Positions 48,286-58,793 are shown, counted from the stretch's first letter. The stretch is DNA of 64,000 nucleotides from an uncultured delta proteobacterium (GCA_963845145.1 CAWJQU010000016.1:32001-96000), one strand, 5' to 3'. Numbers and translations are program-made. Notes: generated from the letters alone by a model not told the origin.

Positions 48286-50040
48286 ATGGTTACTCATATG
48301 AATATGCAAAACAGTTCCCAATTTGACCCCATCACCCTTGAAATTCTCTGGCGTCGTCTGGTTTCGATCGTAGACGAAGCTGATGCTTCCGTAGCCAGGA
48401 CCGCTTTTTCGAGCTTGCTTCGGGATGCCCATGACTACACCTGTATGTTTACCGACAGCAGAGGCCAGGAGCTTGTTCAAGGGACCTTCTGCACCCCCGG
48501 TCAGGCCGGGGCGATGGCCATCGGTGTCAAAAAGCTGATTAACTCGCAACCGATAGAGGATTACCGACCGGGTGATGCCTTTATCGTAAACGATCCCTGG
48601 GCCCTCGCCGGCCATCTCAATGATGTTTGCGTCTGGAGCCCGATTTTTTATAAAGATCGTCCGGTAGCATTTACTGCCTGTGTCTTTCACCATTCGGATA
48701 TCGGCGGGCGGGTCTCGTCGGATAACCGCGAGGTTTTTGAAGAGGGGCTGTTTTTACCGCTCTTGAAACTTTATGATGCCGGGCGGTTAAATGAAGAAGT
48801 GATCAATCTCATTCGGTGGAACGTTCGGACACCGGATGAGGTGATCGGTGACATACGCTCTCAAATCGCCGCCAACCATGTCTGTGGCGAGAAGATCATT
48901 GAGATGATGGAAGAAGAAGGTCTGGATACCATTGATGACCTGGCTGACGAAATTATCGGACGTACCGAGTCCAGTATGCGCGCGGCTATCGCAAAAATTC
49001 CGGATGGCGTTTACCCCTATGAAGGGGTGATAGAAGGCGCCGGAAAGCAAGAAGACATAACGATTCGGCTAACGGTTAAGGTGGAAAATGACGATATCAC
49101 CGTAGATTTTGACGGCACATCACGCCAGGTGGGATGGGGGGTCAATGTCGTCTACAACTTTACATACGCTTATGTATTCATGGCCATTAAAAGCGCATTC
49201 GATCCGGATATTCCTATTAATGAGGGCGCCATTCGTCCCATTAATATGACGGCCCCTGAAAATACCGTGGTCAACTGCGGGCATCCGGCTGCAGTGGCGG
49301 CCCGCATGCAAGTCGGACATTTTATGACTGAAATGGTTTTCAAAGCGCTCTCCGCTGCCACGCCGGACAATATTATTGCCGGAAGTGGTGGAACGCCTGC
49401 CCAGACAAACATTTTCTACGGGCGACGCCACGATGAAAAACCCTGGCATACCATGATTATTCGTGGCGGGGGTATGGGCGCCGGTAGTGGTGCTGATGGC
49501 CACCATTGCGCAATCTTTCCGGCCAATGGTGCCAATACGCCCGTTGAAATTTTTGAAAGCGATACACCCCTGATTGTCGAATCGCGAGCCCTGGTGTGTG
49601 ATTCAGGTGGCCCCGGACGCATGCGGGGTGGCATCGGACGCAAGATGATAATTCGAGTGCCCGACGATGAGTTGGCGCCTTTATCACCGACAACCATTGC
49701 GGTCCAAGCCGGTCGTTTTCGCTACCCACCGGATGGGGTTTTTGGTGGACAACCCGGCAAACACGCCCTCTTTTTGAAAAACGAAGATCCGGCTGATCCC
49801 AGCGGCCTAACATTTTGTGACCCCGGCGATACAATGTCCTTCTACAGTGCCGGTGGTGGCGGCTACGGGTCACCCCTTGAACGGGAGCCCGAAGCCGTTG
49901 CAGCAGATGTTAAGAAAGGATATGTCAGTATAGAAGGCGCCAAAAATGCTTACGGTACGGTGATTGACCCCCAGAGTTTCCTGGTGGATGCAGAAGCAAC
50001 TGCAAAGCTACGAGGCGATATGGCCAATGATGCAACTTAA
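48286..50040 (+). CDS. hydantoinase B / 5-oxoprolinase family subunit
   Basis: DPITLEI, RTAFS, NDPW..GHLND, HHSDIGG, EEGL, NTPVE, DSGGPG..RGG, GGGGYG.P.ER. Confidence 0.95.
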   Translation: MVTHMNMQNSSQFDPITLEILWRRLVSIVDEADASVARTAFSSLLRDAHDYTCMFTDSRGQELVQGTFCTPGQAGAMAIGVKKLINSQPIEDYRPGDAFIVNDPWALAGHLNDVCVWSPIFYKDRPVAFTACVFHHSDIGGRVSSDNREVFEEGLFLPLLKLYDAGRLNEEVINLIRWNVRTPDEVIGDIRSQIAANHVCGEKIIEMMEEEGLDTIDDLADEIIGRTESSMRAAIAKIPDGVYPYEGVIEGAGKQEDITIRLTVKVENDDITVDFDGTSRQVGWGVNVVYNFTYAYVFMAIKSAFDPDIPINEGAIRPINMTAPENTVVNCGHPAAVAARMQVGHFMTEMVFKALSAATPDNIIAGSGGTPAQTNIFYGRRHDEKPWHTMIIRGGGMGAGSGADGHHCAIFPANGANTPVEIFESDTPLIVESRALVCDSGGPGRMRGGIGRKMIIRVPDDELAPLSPTTIAVQAGRFRYPPDGVFGGQPGKHALFLKNEDPADPSGLTFCDPGDTMSFYSAGGGGYGSPLEREPEAVAADVKKGYVSIEGAKNAYGTVIDPQSFLVDAEATAKLRGDMANDAT

Positions 50041-50059
50041 CCGATAAGGCGAGTGAATC

Positions 50060-51352
50060 ATGAAAAAATCGTTTATGCCGTCTTTCAATACTACGGATGA
50101 ATTGAACCGTCATCAGCTTGAAGGTTTGAAGTGGACGATCAAGCACGCTTTTGAAGGGTCTGACTTCTATCGCCAGAAGTTGGAAACGGCCGACATCCGC
50201 CCTGATCAAATTCAGACCTTAGATGACATCCGTAAACTCCCATTTACCGAGGCGGAAGATCTCAAGGCCGGATATCCTTACCCGCTTCTCAGTGTTCCGC
50301 TTGCCGATGTGGTCCGTGTTCATGCCTCGTCGGGTACCACAGGTAAAAAAAAGGTGTTGTGCTATACCCAAAAAGATATCGACGATTGGGCCCATATGTT
50401 TGCGCGGTGCTATGAGATGGCCGGGTTAACACCAGATGACCGGGTTCAAATTGCGGTGGGATACGGTATCTGGACAGCTGGCGTCGGATTTCAGCTGGGA
50501 TGTGAAAAATTCGGTGCCCTGGCAATTCCTGTGGGGCCGGGTAATATCGATTTACAGTGCCGTTTTTTGGTTGATCTAAAATCCACTGTGATGTGTTGTA
50601 CCGCCTCCATGGCGCTGCTGATGGCAGAGGAGGTTGAACGGCGGGGGATTAAAAATCAGATTGCGTTGAAAAAAATTATCTTTGGTTCCGAAAGAAGTAG
50701 TAAAGCCATGCGGGACCGCATCCAGGCTCTTTTGGGGCTGGAAGATATGTTTGATATCCCCGGCATGACCGAACTGTATGGCCCCGGTACCGGCTTAGAA
50801 TGTCTTCAGCACGAAGGTATTCACTATTGGGCCGACAACTATATTCTTGAGATACTTGATCCTGACAAGCTTCTCCCGGTAAAGGAAGGGGAAATCGGTG
50901 AAATGGTTGTGACCACCTTGAAAAAAGAAGCGGCCCCCCTGATACGATACCGAACCCATGATTTAACACGGGCCATCCAAACCTCGTGTTCTTGTGGAAA
51001 CATTCTGCCCAGGCATGACCGGATACTGGGGCGAACCGACGACATGATCATCTTTCGTGCTGTCAATATTTACCCCGGGCAGATTGATGAAGTGCTTTCG
51101 TCGGTACCGAATCTAAGCAGCGAGTATCAGATTATTCTCGACGCTGATGATGACGGTAAAGATTATATGACCATTCGAGTGGAAAGCCTCCAAGGCGCGA
51201 GTTCGGGGGAACGAGCCGAAATCGCCGATCAAGTCGCTGGTGAGGTCAAAAATCAAATAATGGTCAGTTGCAAAGTGGACGTGGTGGAGTATGCCGGGTT
51301 ACCCCGTTCGGAAAGAAAATCTAAGCGGGTATATGATCACCGGGATCGTTAG
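50060..51352 (+). CDS. phenylacetate-CoA ligase (PaaK) family aryl-acetate CoA ligase
   Basis: RVHASSGTTGK, YGIWTAG.G, GMTELYGPG, PLIRYRTHD, GRTDDM, LPRSERK. Confidence 0.93.
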   Translation: MKKSFMPSFNTTDELNRHQLEGLKWTIKHAFEGSDFYRQKLETADIRPDQIQTLDDIRKLPFTEAEDLKAGYPYPLLSVPLADVVRVHASSGTTGKKKVLCYTQKDIDDWAHMFARCYEMAGLTPDDRVQIAVGYGIWTAGVGFQLGCEKFGALAIPVGPGNIDLQCRFLVDLKSTVMCCTASMALLMAEEVERRGIKNQIALKKIIFGSERSSKAMRDRIQALLGLEDMFDIPGMTELYGPGTGLECLQHEGIHYWADNYILEILDPDKLLPVKEGEIGEMVVTTLKKEAAPLIRYRTHDLTRAIQTSCSCGNILPRHDRILGRTDDMIIFRAVNIYPGQIDEVLSSVPNLSSEYQIILDADDDGKDYMTIRVESLQGASSGERAEIADQVAGEVKNQIMVSCKVDVVEYAGLPRSERKSKRVYDHRDR

Positions 51353-51460
51353 CTGTTACGAGAAGGTGTCTCGGGCCAAAATTTTTATGATGGTTCGGCT
51401 TGGCATGAAATGTGATATGTGGTTTTGAAACCGCCCAAACAAAAGGAAAGCGTACTTACA

Positions 51461-52342
51461 ATGAAACCCTTTACCTATCTCATCCCCAAAACATTGGACG
51501 AAGCGGTATCGTTATTTGAGTCCCACGAAGGGCATTCGGCCTACATTGCCGGTGGTACGGATGTGCTCATAAAAATTAAAGAGCGCAAACTGTTGCCGGA
51601 TTATCTGGTTTCGCTCAAACATATTTTGAGCCCGGATAAACCCTTGTTAAATGAAGACACCAAAGAGTTGTACATCAGTGCTTTCATTACCCACCGGACG
51701 CTGGAGGAGTCGACCTTGATTCAGCGTTCTTATCCGATATTGCACGATGCCGTTCAAAATATCGGATCCGTTCAGGTTCGTAATACGGCAACCATTGGCG
51801 GAAACCTGGTTAATGCGGTTCCATCAGCAGACGGCGCCATCCCTTTGGTCACCATGGATGCAACAGTTAATATCTATGGAACCAAAGGCATGCGGTCGGT
51901 CGATTTGATCCACTTTTTCCTCGGGCCTGGTCAGTCGGTCCTTGAAAAGGGTGAAATCCTCACTGAAATTGTTGTGCCGCCAATGCTGCCCCGGACGGGT
52001 TGTGCCTATGTCAAGTTCGGTCGTCGCAAGGCCATGGAACTGCCATTGTTGGGTGTTGGCATGTTGCTAAGCTTTGATGATGATCAGCGGACATGTGTAA
52101 AGGCACGGATCGGGCTTGGTGTGGCCGCCCCAACGCCGATGCGGGCATTTAGTGCGGAGCGGTATCTGAAAGGGAAAGAGATAAATGAGCAGACCCTTAC
52201 GGAGGCCGGCCAAATCGCCGCTGACGAAGCCAGGGTTCGTGACAGTATTCGAGGCGTGGCCTGGTATCGGCGGGAATTAGTGGGGGTTTTGGTTAAACGA
52301 ATGGGATTTAAATGCCTTCAGCGTGCAGGGCTTACAAAATAA
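51461..52342 (+). CDS. xanthine dehydrogenase family molybdoenzyme, FAD-binding subunit
   Basis: IAGGTD, IGSVQVRNTATIGGNL.NA.PSAD; no extra 4Fe-4S insert; start at the ATG at 51461. Confidence 0.93.
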   Translation: MKPFTYLIPKTLDEAVSLFESHEGHSAYIAGGTDVLIKIKERKLLPDYLVSLKHILSPDKPLLNEDTKELYISAFITHRTLEESTLIQRSYPILHDAVQNIGSVQVRNTATIGGNLVNAVPSADGAIPLVTMDATVNIYGTKGMRSVDLIHFFLGPGQSVLEKGEILTEIVVPPMLPRTGCAYVKFGRRKAMELPLLGVGMLLSFDDDQRTCVKARIGLGVAAPTPMRAFSAERYLKGKEINEQTLTEAGQIAADEARVRDSIRGVAWYRRELVGVLVKRMGFKCLQRAGLTK

Positions 52343-52363
52343 AATAGATATGGAGGCAGCAAG

Positions 52364-52876
52364 ATGAGTCGTAAAATCACATTTATTTTAAACAATAACG
52401 AAACGTCCGTGGATATAGAGGACAACTGGACCCTGATGCAGCTTTTGAGAGAAGAGTTGGGACTTTTAGGGACCAAAGAGGGGTGCGGAAGCGGCGAGTG
52501 TGGTGCGTGTACCGTCATCGTCGATGGGGCAGCCATTAACTCCTGTCTATACCTGGCTATTGAAGCTGAGGGAAAAACCGTTGTGACGATTGAAGGGCTG
52601 GCTTCGCCCGAAGGACAGCTTCACCCCGTTCAAAAAGCGTTTATTGAAAATGGCGGTATTCAATGCGGGTATTGTTCACCCGGGATGATATTGTCAGCCA
52701 CTGCGCTTTTAGAGGAAAACCCGGCACCGACGGATGATGAGATTAAACATGCCATCGCAGGCAATATTTGTCGCTGCACTGGGTATGTCCAAATCATTGA
52801 ATCCATAAAAAAGGCTGCCCAGTCGGATACCGAGGACGTAAACGTTATGGCCTGGCGAGGGGATTCCGAGGCTTAA
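52364..52876 (+). CDS. xanthine dehydrogenase family molybdoenzyme, 2x[2Fe-2S] subunit
   Basis: GTKEGCGSGECGACTV, QCGYCSPG, GNICRCTGY. Confidence 0.95.
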   Translation: MSRKITFILNNNETSVDIEDNWTLMQLLREELGLLGTKEGCGSGECGACTVIVDGAAINSCLYLAIEAEGKTVVTIEGLASPEGQLHPVQKAFIENGGIQCGYCSPGMILSATALLEENPAPTDDEIKHAIAGNICRCTGYVQIIESIKKAAQSDTEDVNVMAWRGDSEA

Positions 52877-52917
52877 GGGTATGCTAACCCATAATTTTAA
52901 ATGAATGCGAGAATACC

Positions 52918-55236
52918 ATGACGAAATTATCCATAGTCGGTAAAAGAGTACCAAAGCTCGATGCAGCTGAGAAAGCCACCGGGCGATCCAAGTATATCCA
53001 GGACGTGAGCCTGCCGGGAATGCTGTACGGTAAATTATTGTATAGCAAATACCCGCATGCACGAATTGTAAACATCGATACATCCCGGGCCAAAGCACTT
53101 CAGGGCGTGCGCGTGGTATTAACCGGCGATGATATCCCTGACTTTAGAATGGGGGTTTACAAGGACAATCCCCCACTTAAAGCGGGGAAAGTGCGTTCGT
53201 ATCGGGATGAAGTGGCCGCTGTTGCCGCCATTTCTCCTGAAATTGCCGAGGAGGCATTAAATCTGATCGAAGTGACCTATGAGTCCCTTCCCGCTATATT
53301 CGATCCCGAAGCGGCCATGGAAAAGGATGCCCCGTTGGTACACGAGGGTCATAAAACCAATATCCTTAAAATGCCCTGGAAGCTGCACTATGGTGATGTA
53401 GAAGCGGCCAAAGCAGAGGCCGCCCACGTTGTGGAAGAAAGATTTTCCACGACCTGGGTCACGCATTGCTGTTTGGGAACCAGTGGCTGCATAGCTGATT
53501 TCGATCATGATAATCACCTGACGGTGTATAGCAATACCCAGATTCCATCTTTGGCGCAAAAAGACTTTCTGGGCACCCTAAAAAGCCTAGGATTAAAGAA
53601 TCGACGAATTCGGGTTATCAAGCCGATCATCGGAGGCGGATTCGGGAGCAAACTCGATACGTACGCCTATGAGCATGTTGCCATCCTTCTGGCCTTTCAT
53701 GCCCGGCAGCCGGTAAAGATACAGTTCGACCGCACAGAAGAGTTTAAAGCCACCTCCACACGCCAACCGACCATTATCGAAATATCCCAAGGGTGTGATG
53801 AAAGCGGTAAATTGCTGTTCAGAGATATACGCATGATTTTGGATAACGGTGCCTATACCTCCTGGGGTGCTACAACACCTTCCGTCATGATGTTACCAAT
53901 TTCTTCATTGTATCGGGTGCCTAACGTTCGTTACAAGGCGATTTGTGTTTATACCAACAACACCTATTCCCAGGCCATGCGCGGGTACGGAAACCCACAA
54001 GCCACCTTTGCCATTGAAAGCACCATGGATATGCTGGCGGAGGCTGCCGGGATTGACCCGATTGAATTTCGGCGAATCAACGCCAACAAGTCAAATGAAG
54101 AGACACCCCAAGGGTTTAAAATTACCACCTGCGGACTGGACGGGTGTATTGACAAAGTGGTCTCGGAATTGGGAGATCTCGGTGATAAAGAAAAAGGTGA
54201 GGGGGTTGGCTACGCATCATTGGTTCATGTGGGCGGCGGTGCACGCGTTTATAAATCGGATGGGTGCGGCACGTTAATGAAAATGAACGATTACGGACAG
54301 ATAGATGTGTTTACCGGGGCGACCGATATGGGCCAGGGCGCGGATACGGTCATAGCCCAGTTGGTGGCTGAAGAGCTCGGGTTAAACATTGAAGATATTC
54401 ATGTGGTTCACAACGATACCGATGTTTGTCCTTGGGATGTGGGTGCCCATGCCAGTCGGACGACATTTGTAGCTGGTAACGCAGCCCTTGGGGCGGCTAA
54501 AATTCTCAAAGATAAAATATTAACATTGGCTGCTAATGCCTTGGATATTGATCCTCAAACATTGGTCATGCAAAACCGAACCGTCATGTCCAAAGAAGAT
54601 GAAGAAAAACAGATCGATTTAGGGAAGCTGCTTCGCAAGGCCCATTTCAGCCCAGGCGGCAATATGCTTATGGCGGAGTATTTCTATGATCCCGACAACG
54701 ATAATCTTGGGCGTGATTTTAAAGGCAACCTGTCCATGACCTATACTTTTGGTACTCATGGGGCCAGGGTTAAAGTGGATGAAGAGACCGGCAAAGTGGA
54801 AATCCTGGACTACATCGCGGTTCACGATGTGGGGCGCGCCATCAACCCCATGCTCTTGGAAGGACAGGTTTATGGTGGTGTGATGATGGGGATCGGTTAT
54901 GCGTTGACCGAGCAGGTGCAACTGGAAAAGGGTGAAATGATGAACCCCAATTTCAGGGACTACAAAATATTAACCGCCAAGGATACGGTAAATATTAAAG
55001 CCCCCGTCCTAGAAACCGTTGACGAGGATGGTCCTTACGGGGCCAAAGGCATCGGTGAGCCTGGATGTGTGCCTACCGCACCTGCCATTGCCAATGCCAT
55101 CTATGACGCGGTGGGGGTGCGGATCAAAGATCTGCCTATTACACCGGAACGGGTTTTAGCCGCTCTGAAACAACAGAAAGGCGCTGATTCCTGCGGGATT
55201 GACCCCTTGACTGAAAAGACGTATGATTGCTCGTAA
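52918..55236 (+). CDS. xanthine dehydrogenase family molybdoenzyme, molybdopterin-binding subunit
   Basis: TQIP, GGGFGSK, AMRGYGNPQ, DMGQG, HASRTT, HDVGRAINP, KGIGE (catalytic Glu position). Confidence 0.95.
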   Translation: MTKLSIVGKRVPKLDAAEKATGRSKYIQDVSLPGMLYGKLLYSKYPHARIVNIDTSRAKALQGVRVVLTGDDIPDFRMGVYKDNPPLKAGKVRSYRDEVAAVAAISPEIAEEALNLIEVTYESLPAIFDPEAAMEKDAPLVHEGHKTNILKMPWKLHYGDVEAAKAEAAHVVEERFSTTWVTHCCLGTSGCIADFDHDNHLTVYSNTQIPSLAQKDFLGTLKSLGLKNRRIRVIKPIIGGGFGSKLDTYAYEHVAILLAFHARQPVKIQFDRTEEFKATSTRQPTIIEISQGCDESGKLLFRDIRMILDNGAYTSWGATTPSVMMLPISSLYRVPNVRYKAICVYTNNTYSQAMRGYGNPQATFAIESTMDMLAEAAGIDPIEFRRINANKSNEETPQGFKITTCGLDGCIDKVVSELGDLGDKEKGEGVGYASLVHVGGGARVYKSDGCGTLMKMNDYGQIDVFTGATDMGQGADTVIAQLVAEELGLNIEDIHVVHNDTDVCPWDVGAHASRTTFVAGNAALGAAKILKDKILTLAANALDIDPQTLVMQNRTVMSKEDEEKQIDLGKLLRKAHFSPGGNMLMAEYFYDPDNDNLGRDFKGNLSMTYTFGTHGARVKVDEETGKVEILDYIAVHDVGRAINPMLLEGQVYGGVMMGIGYALTEQVQLEKGEMMNPNFRDYKILTAKDTVNIKAPVLETVDEDGPYGAKGIGEPGCVPTAPAIANAIYDAVGVRIKDLPITPERVLAALKQQKGADSCGIDPLTEKTYDCS

Positions 55237-55291
55237 TTCCTACTTTTTTTCTATCTGTGGCTCAATAAGCCCTTACCAAGGAGGTATCGTA

Positions 55292-56305
55292 ATGAAACAA
55301 AGAAATTTGTTGGTAACTGTGGCCATTTCCCTGTCGGTGATATTTGGGTTTGCAATCCTGGTCCCCACTGCCATCGCCGGACCAATTAAATTGAGCTATG
55401 CCAATTTTCCACCCCCCGTCACTTTCCCTTGCGTGCAGATGGAACGGTGGAAAAATGAGGTGGAGAAGCGTACTAACGGCCAAGTTAAAATTGATACGTT
55501 TCCTGGTGGCACGCTCTTGGGCCCCAAAAACATGATGGACGGTGTTATCGCCGGGAATGCGGATATCGGCAACCTTTGTCAGGCCTACCAGCCGGGACGC
55601 TTTGTCATCTCCAATGCCGTGGCATTGCCCCTGGGTATTCCCAATGCGAAAGTCGGCAGCCTGGTATTATATGACCTATACAAAAAATATAATTTTGGCC
55701 CGTTTGCCGATGTAAAGGTGCTGACCATGTTTACGACCGCACCATCCAATATCATGTCCAAGGTACCGATTCGCAGTTTGGCCGACATCAAAGGCGTTTC
55801 ACTGCGTGCCTCCGGCGGAGCGGCTCAGATCCTGAAATCCTGGGGTGCCAACCAAATCGGCATGCCTATGTCCGCCACACCGGAAGCGCTTCAAAAGGGA
55901 ACTGTCAAAGGGCTCTTTTCCTCGGTGGAAGTGATGAAGGATTTCAAATTTGCAGAACTCTGTAAATACGTCACTTATACCAATACACCTATCTATCCGT
56001 TTGCAGTCGTCATGAACATGGACAAATGGAACGCTTTGCCGGCAGATGTTCAGAAGGTATTAGACGATCTGGCCTTGGAACAAGCGGAATGGACTGGCAT
56101 CTACATGGACAACCACGTCAAGGAGTCCATAGAATGGTCCCAAAAAGAGCAAGGTGTTGAATTTATCGATCTGAAGGACAAAGCCGAATGGGATAAAGCC
56201 CTGGAACCCATTGTGGCAGCCTGGATCTCCAAAAACGAAGGCAAAGTTCCGGCCAAACAGATTGTTGAAGATATTCGCGCCCTAATTGCCAAGCATTCAA
56301 AATAG
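55292..56305 (+). CDS. dctP: TRAP transporter substrate-binding protein DctP
   Basis: Signal peptide after a ggagg RBS; VEKRTNG, FPGGTL, DIKGVSLRASG (carboxylate-binding Arg position), EALQKG, WNALPADVQ. Confidence 0.92.
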   Translation: MKQRNLLVTVAISLSVIFGFAILVPTAIAGPIKLSYANFPPPVTFPCVQMERWKNEVEKRTNGQVKIDTFPGGTLLGPKNMMDGVIAGNADIGNLCQAYQPGRFVISNAVALPLGIPNAKVGSLVLYDLYKKYNFGPFADVKVLTMFTTAPSNIMSKVPIRSLADIKGVSLRASGGAAQILKSWGANQIGMPMSATPEALQKGTVKGLFSSVEVMKDFKFAELCKYVTYTNTPIYPFAVVMNMDKWNALPADVQKVLDDLALEQAEWTGIYMDNHVKESIEWSQKEQGVEFIDLKDKAEWDKALEPIVAAWISKNEGKVPAKQIVEDIRALIAKHSK

Positions 56306-56362
56306 TGATGAACCAGGCCAGTTTTAGAAAGACAAATAGAGGCCTCTCATTGATGGAGCACC

Positions 56363-56854
56363 GTGGCACTACTTGAAAAAGTTACTCAGTGGTTGGTGAA
56401 TTTTCTCTCATTCATCGGCGGCGTATTTCTCATGGGAATGGTCACCATTACCTGTGCTAATATATTTTCGCGTGTTGTTTGGGCTCCCATTCGGGGCACG
56501 TTCGAGTTGATGGGTTATGCCGGGGCCATTGTTGCCGCCTTTGCCCTCGGCTACACCCAGATCAAGAAAGGTCATGTTGCTGTTGATATCCTGGTTACCA
56601 AGTATTCACCACGGGCCAAAAAGGTGGTCCACCGAATCAATTCTCTCCTTTGTCTACTTTTTTTCGTCATAGCGGCCTGGCAGCTCACCCTCAAAGCCAA
56701 CATTCTGATGAAAACCGGTGAAGTTACCGAGACCCTTCAAATCATCTACTATCCGTTTACTTATGCCGTGGCCCTCGGCTGTATAGTGTTAGCTCTGGTT
56801 TTAGTCGTGGAGCTGATCAACCCGTTTGGGCCTGACGCGAAGGTGAAGCGATGA
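56363..56854 (+). CDS. dctQ: TRAP transporter small permease DctQ
   Basis: Four TM helices, PIRGTFEL, GHVAVDI; lies between dctP and dctM. Confidence 0.92.
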   Translation: MALLEKVTQWLVNFLSFIGGVFLMGMVTITCANIFSRVVWAPIRGTFELMGYAGAIVAAFALGYTQIKKGHVAVDILVTKYSPRAKKVVHRINSLLCLLFFVIAAWQLTLKANILMKTGEVTETLQIIYYPFTYAVALGCIVLALVLVVELINPFGPDAKVKR

Positions 56855-58155
56855 GTCTCGCCGTTATCGGTATATTGGGGATTGTCATCCTGTTACTCGT
56901 GCTGTTTTTTCTCGGTATGCCGGTGGGATTTGCCATGGGTATTGTCGGGTTCGTCGGATTCTCTTACGTCGTCTCATTTAATGCCGGTGTCAATATGGTC
57001 GGCTCGGTTATGTGGGAAACCTTTTCCAAGTATGGTCTGACCGTTATCCCTTTGTTCATTTTCATGGGGCAGGTGGCCTTTTATTCGGGCGTTAACGAAA
57101 AACTGTACATGGCCGCCTATAAATGGGTTGGTCAAATACGGGGTGGCATTGCCATGGCCACAGTAATGGCCTGTGCCGCTTTTGCGGCCATTTGTGGTTC
57201 GAATGCCGCCACAGCCGCAACGATGACCACCGTGGCCTTACCCCAGATGAATAAATTCAAATACAACCCCAAGTTAAGTACCGGCGCCATTGCCTGCGGC
57301 TCGACACTAGGAGTAGTCATTCCCCCAAGTGTTGTTCTTATTATTATCGGGTTATCCACCGAGCAATCGATTGCGAAATTGTTTTACGGTGGGATCGGCG
57401 CAGGGATATTACTGGCGTTCTTGATGGTCCTGACAACGTATCTGATTTGTTGTATTCATCCGGATTGGGGACCGGTGGGCCCAAAAACCGGATGGGTAGA
57501 GAAATTTAAAGCCATTTCCGGTGCGATTGAAATGCTCGTAATATTCTTTCTGGTCATGATGGGATTGTACTTCGGCATCTTTACGCCCACGGAAGCGGGG
57601 GCTGCCGGGTCATTTTTTGCGGTGGCGGTCAGCGTTTTCCAGAGGCGTTTGTCCTGGAAAGGCTTTATGGGCGCCATCACCGATACGCTTCGAATTTCGT
57701 GCATGGTTATCACTATCGTTGCCGGTGCAATGATATTTGGACGGTTTCTGGCAGTTACCCGAATCCCCTATGATATTGCCGATTGGGTCGTTAACCTGCC
57801 CGTTTCCGGGACGGTCATTATGGCCATCATCTTCTTTATCTATGTGATCGGTGGGGCCGTCATGGATGCACTGGCGCTTTTACTGATCACCATTCCTATT
57901 TTTTTCCCAGTGGCCCAACAACTGGGATATGATCCCATTTGGTTCGGTGTTACCATCACCGTGGTCACAACCTTGGGTGCCGTAACGCCACCCGTTGGGG
58001 CCACAACCTATGTGGTCGGAGGAATGGCCAAAGATGTACCCCTCGAGGAAGTGTTTAAAGGGGTCACTTATTTTCTACCCGCCTATATTATCTGTGTAAT
58101 TATTTTAATGCTCTTTCCGGGTCTGGTTATGTTTTTACCGGGGTTGCTTCACTAA
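56851..58155 (+). CDS. dctM: TRAP transporter large permease DctM
   Basis: About 12 TM helices, IPLFIFMG, AICGS, LGVVIPPS, FTPTEAGA, DPIWFG, TPPVG. Confidence 0.95.
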   Translation: MSLAVIGILGIVILLLVLFFLGMPVGFAMGIVGFVGFSYVVSFNAGVNMVGSVMWETFSKYGLTVIPLFIFMGQVAFYSGVNEKLYMAAYKWVGQIRGGIAMATVMACAAFAAICGSNAATAATMTTVALPQMNKFKYNPKLSTGAIACGSTLGVVIPPSVVLIIIGLSTEQSIAKLFYGGIGAGILLAFLMVLTTYLICCIHPDWGPVGPKTGWVEKFKAISGAIEMLVIFFLVMMGLYFGIFTPTEAGAAGSFFAVAVSVFQRRLSWKGFMGAITDTLRISCMVITIVAGAMIFGRFLAVTRIPYDIADWVVNLPVSGTVIMAIIFFIYVIGGAVMDALALLLITIPIFFPVAQQLGYDPIWFGVTITVVTTLGAVTPPVGATTYVVGGMAKDVPLEEVFKGVTYFLPAYIICVIILMLFPGLVMFLPGLLH

Positions 58156-58199
58156 CAATTTTTTATAGAAATGACCCCTTTCATGGTAAAAGCGAGGGA

Positions 58200-58793
58200 T
58201 TATTCCCTTACGGCTTCGATGCTGACGGTAACGTTAACCCTACCTCCCACGGAATCATCCATTTTGCCCATCTTGTAATCCTTGCGGTTAATTGTAAATG
58301 ATGATTCAAATCCGATTCGATAACCTCCCCAGGGATCCTTCCCGGCACCTGTCTGCAGAAGTTTCACCGTTAATGGCCGTGTAACACCATGTAAGGTCAA
58401 ATTTCCGGTAACTTCAAATGTGTCACTATCTATTTTTTTCCATGCCCTACTTTTAAAAGCCACTTTTGGAAAATATTTTGCATTGAAAAAATCAGGACTT
58501 CGAAGATGGTTATCTCGTTTGGGGGTATTTGTATTGATACTTCGAACGGTCACATACGCCTCAATCGAATTTTTTGTGGGGTTTTCAGGATCAATTTCAA
58601 GAGTTCCGTTAAAGTCGGTGAAATTTCCAGACACGTTGGAAATCGATAGGTGTTTGATTCGAAATTGAACGAAAGAATGAACCGGATCGAAATGATAAAC
58701 ATCAGCGGCGAGTGTTATCTTTGTGAGTACGAATATTATTATAAGCAATAAAAGGATATTGTGCTGTAACTTTTTGTATTTAAAAATAAACAT
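58200..58793 (-). CDS. yceI: YceI family periplasmic lipid/polyisoprenoid-binding protein
   Basis: Signal peptide; DPVHS.V.F.IKHL, RDNHLRSPDFF, GNLTLHGVT, DPWGG.RIGF. Confidence 0.93.
   Translation of the reverse strand: MFIFKYKKLQHNILLLLIIIFVLTKITLAADVYHFDPVHSFVQFRIKHLSISNVSGNFTDFNGTLEIDPENPTKNSIEAYVTVRSINTNTPKRDNHLRSPDFFNAKYFPKVAFKSRAWKKIDSDTFEVTGNLTLHGVTRPLTVKLLQTGAGKDPWGGYRIGFESSFTINRKDYKMGKMDDSVGGRVNVTVSIEAVRE

Noticed and set aside
46147..50040. Acetone or acetophenone carboxylase
   Set aside because: No additional small carboxylase subunits are adjacent, and the context (Mo-hydroxylase, mutase) favours an ATP-dependent lactam hydrolase. Not fully excluded.
51461..55236. 4-hydroxybenzoyl-CoA reductase or aerobic CO dehydrogenase
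   Set aside because: The FAD subunit lacks the extra 4Fe-4S insert of HcrB, and the large subunit has HASRTT and KGIGE rather than the CoxL AYxCSFR motif. A generic hydroxylase fits better.
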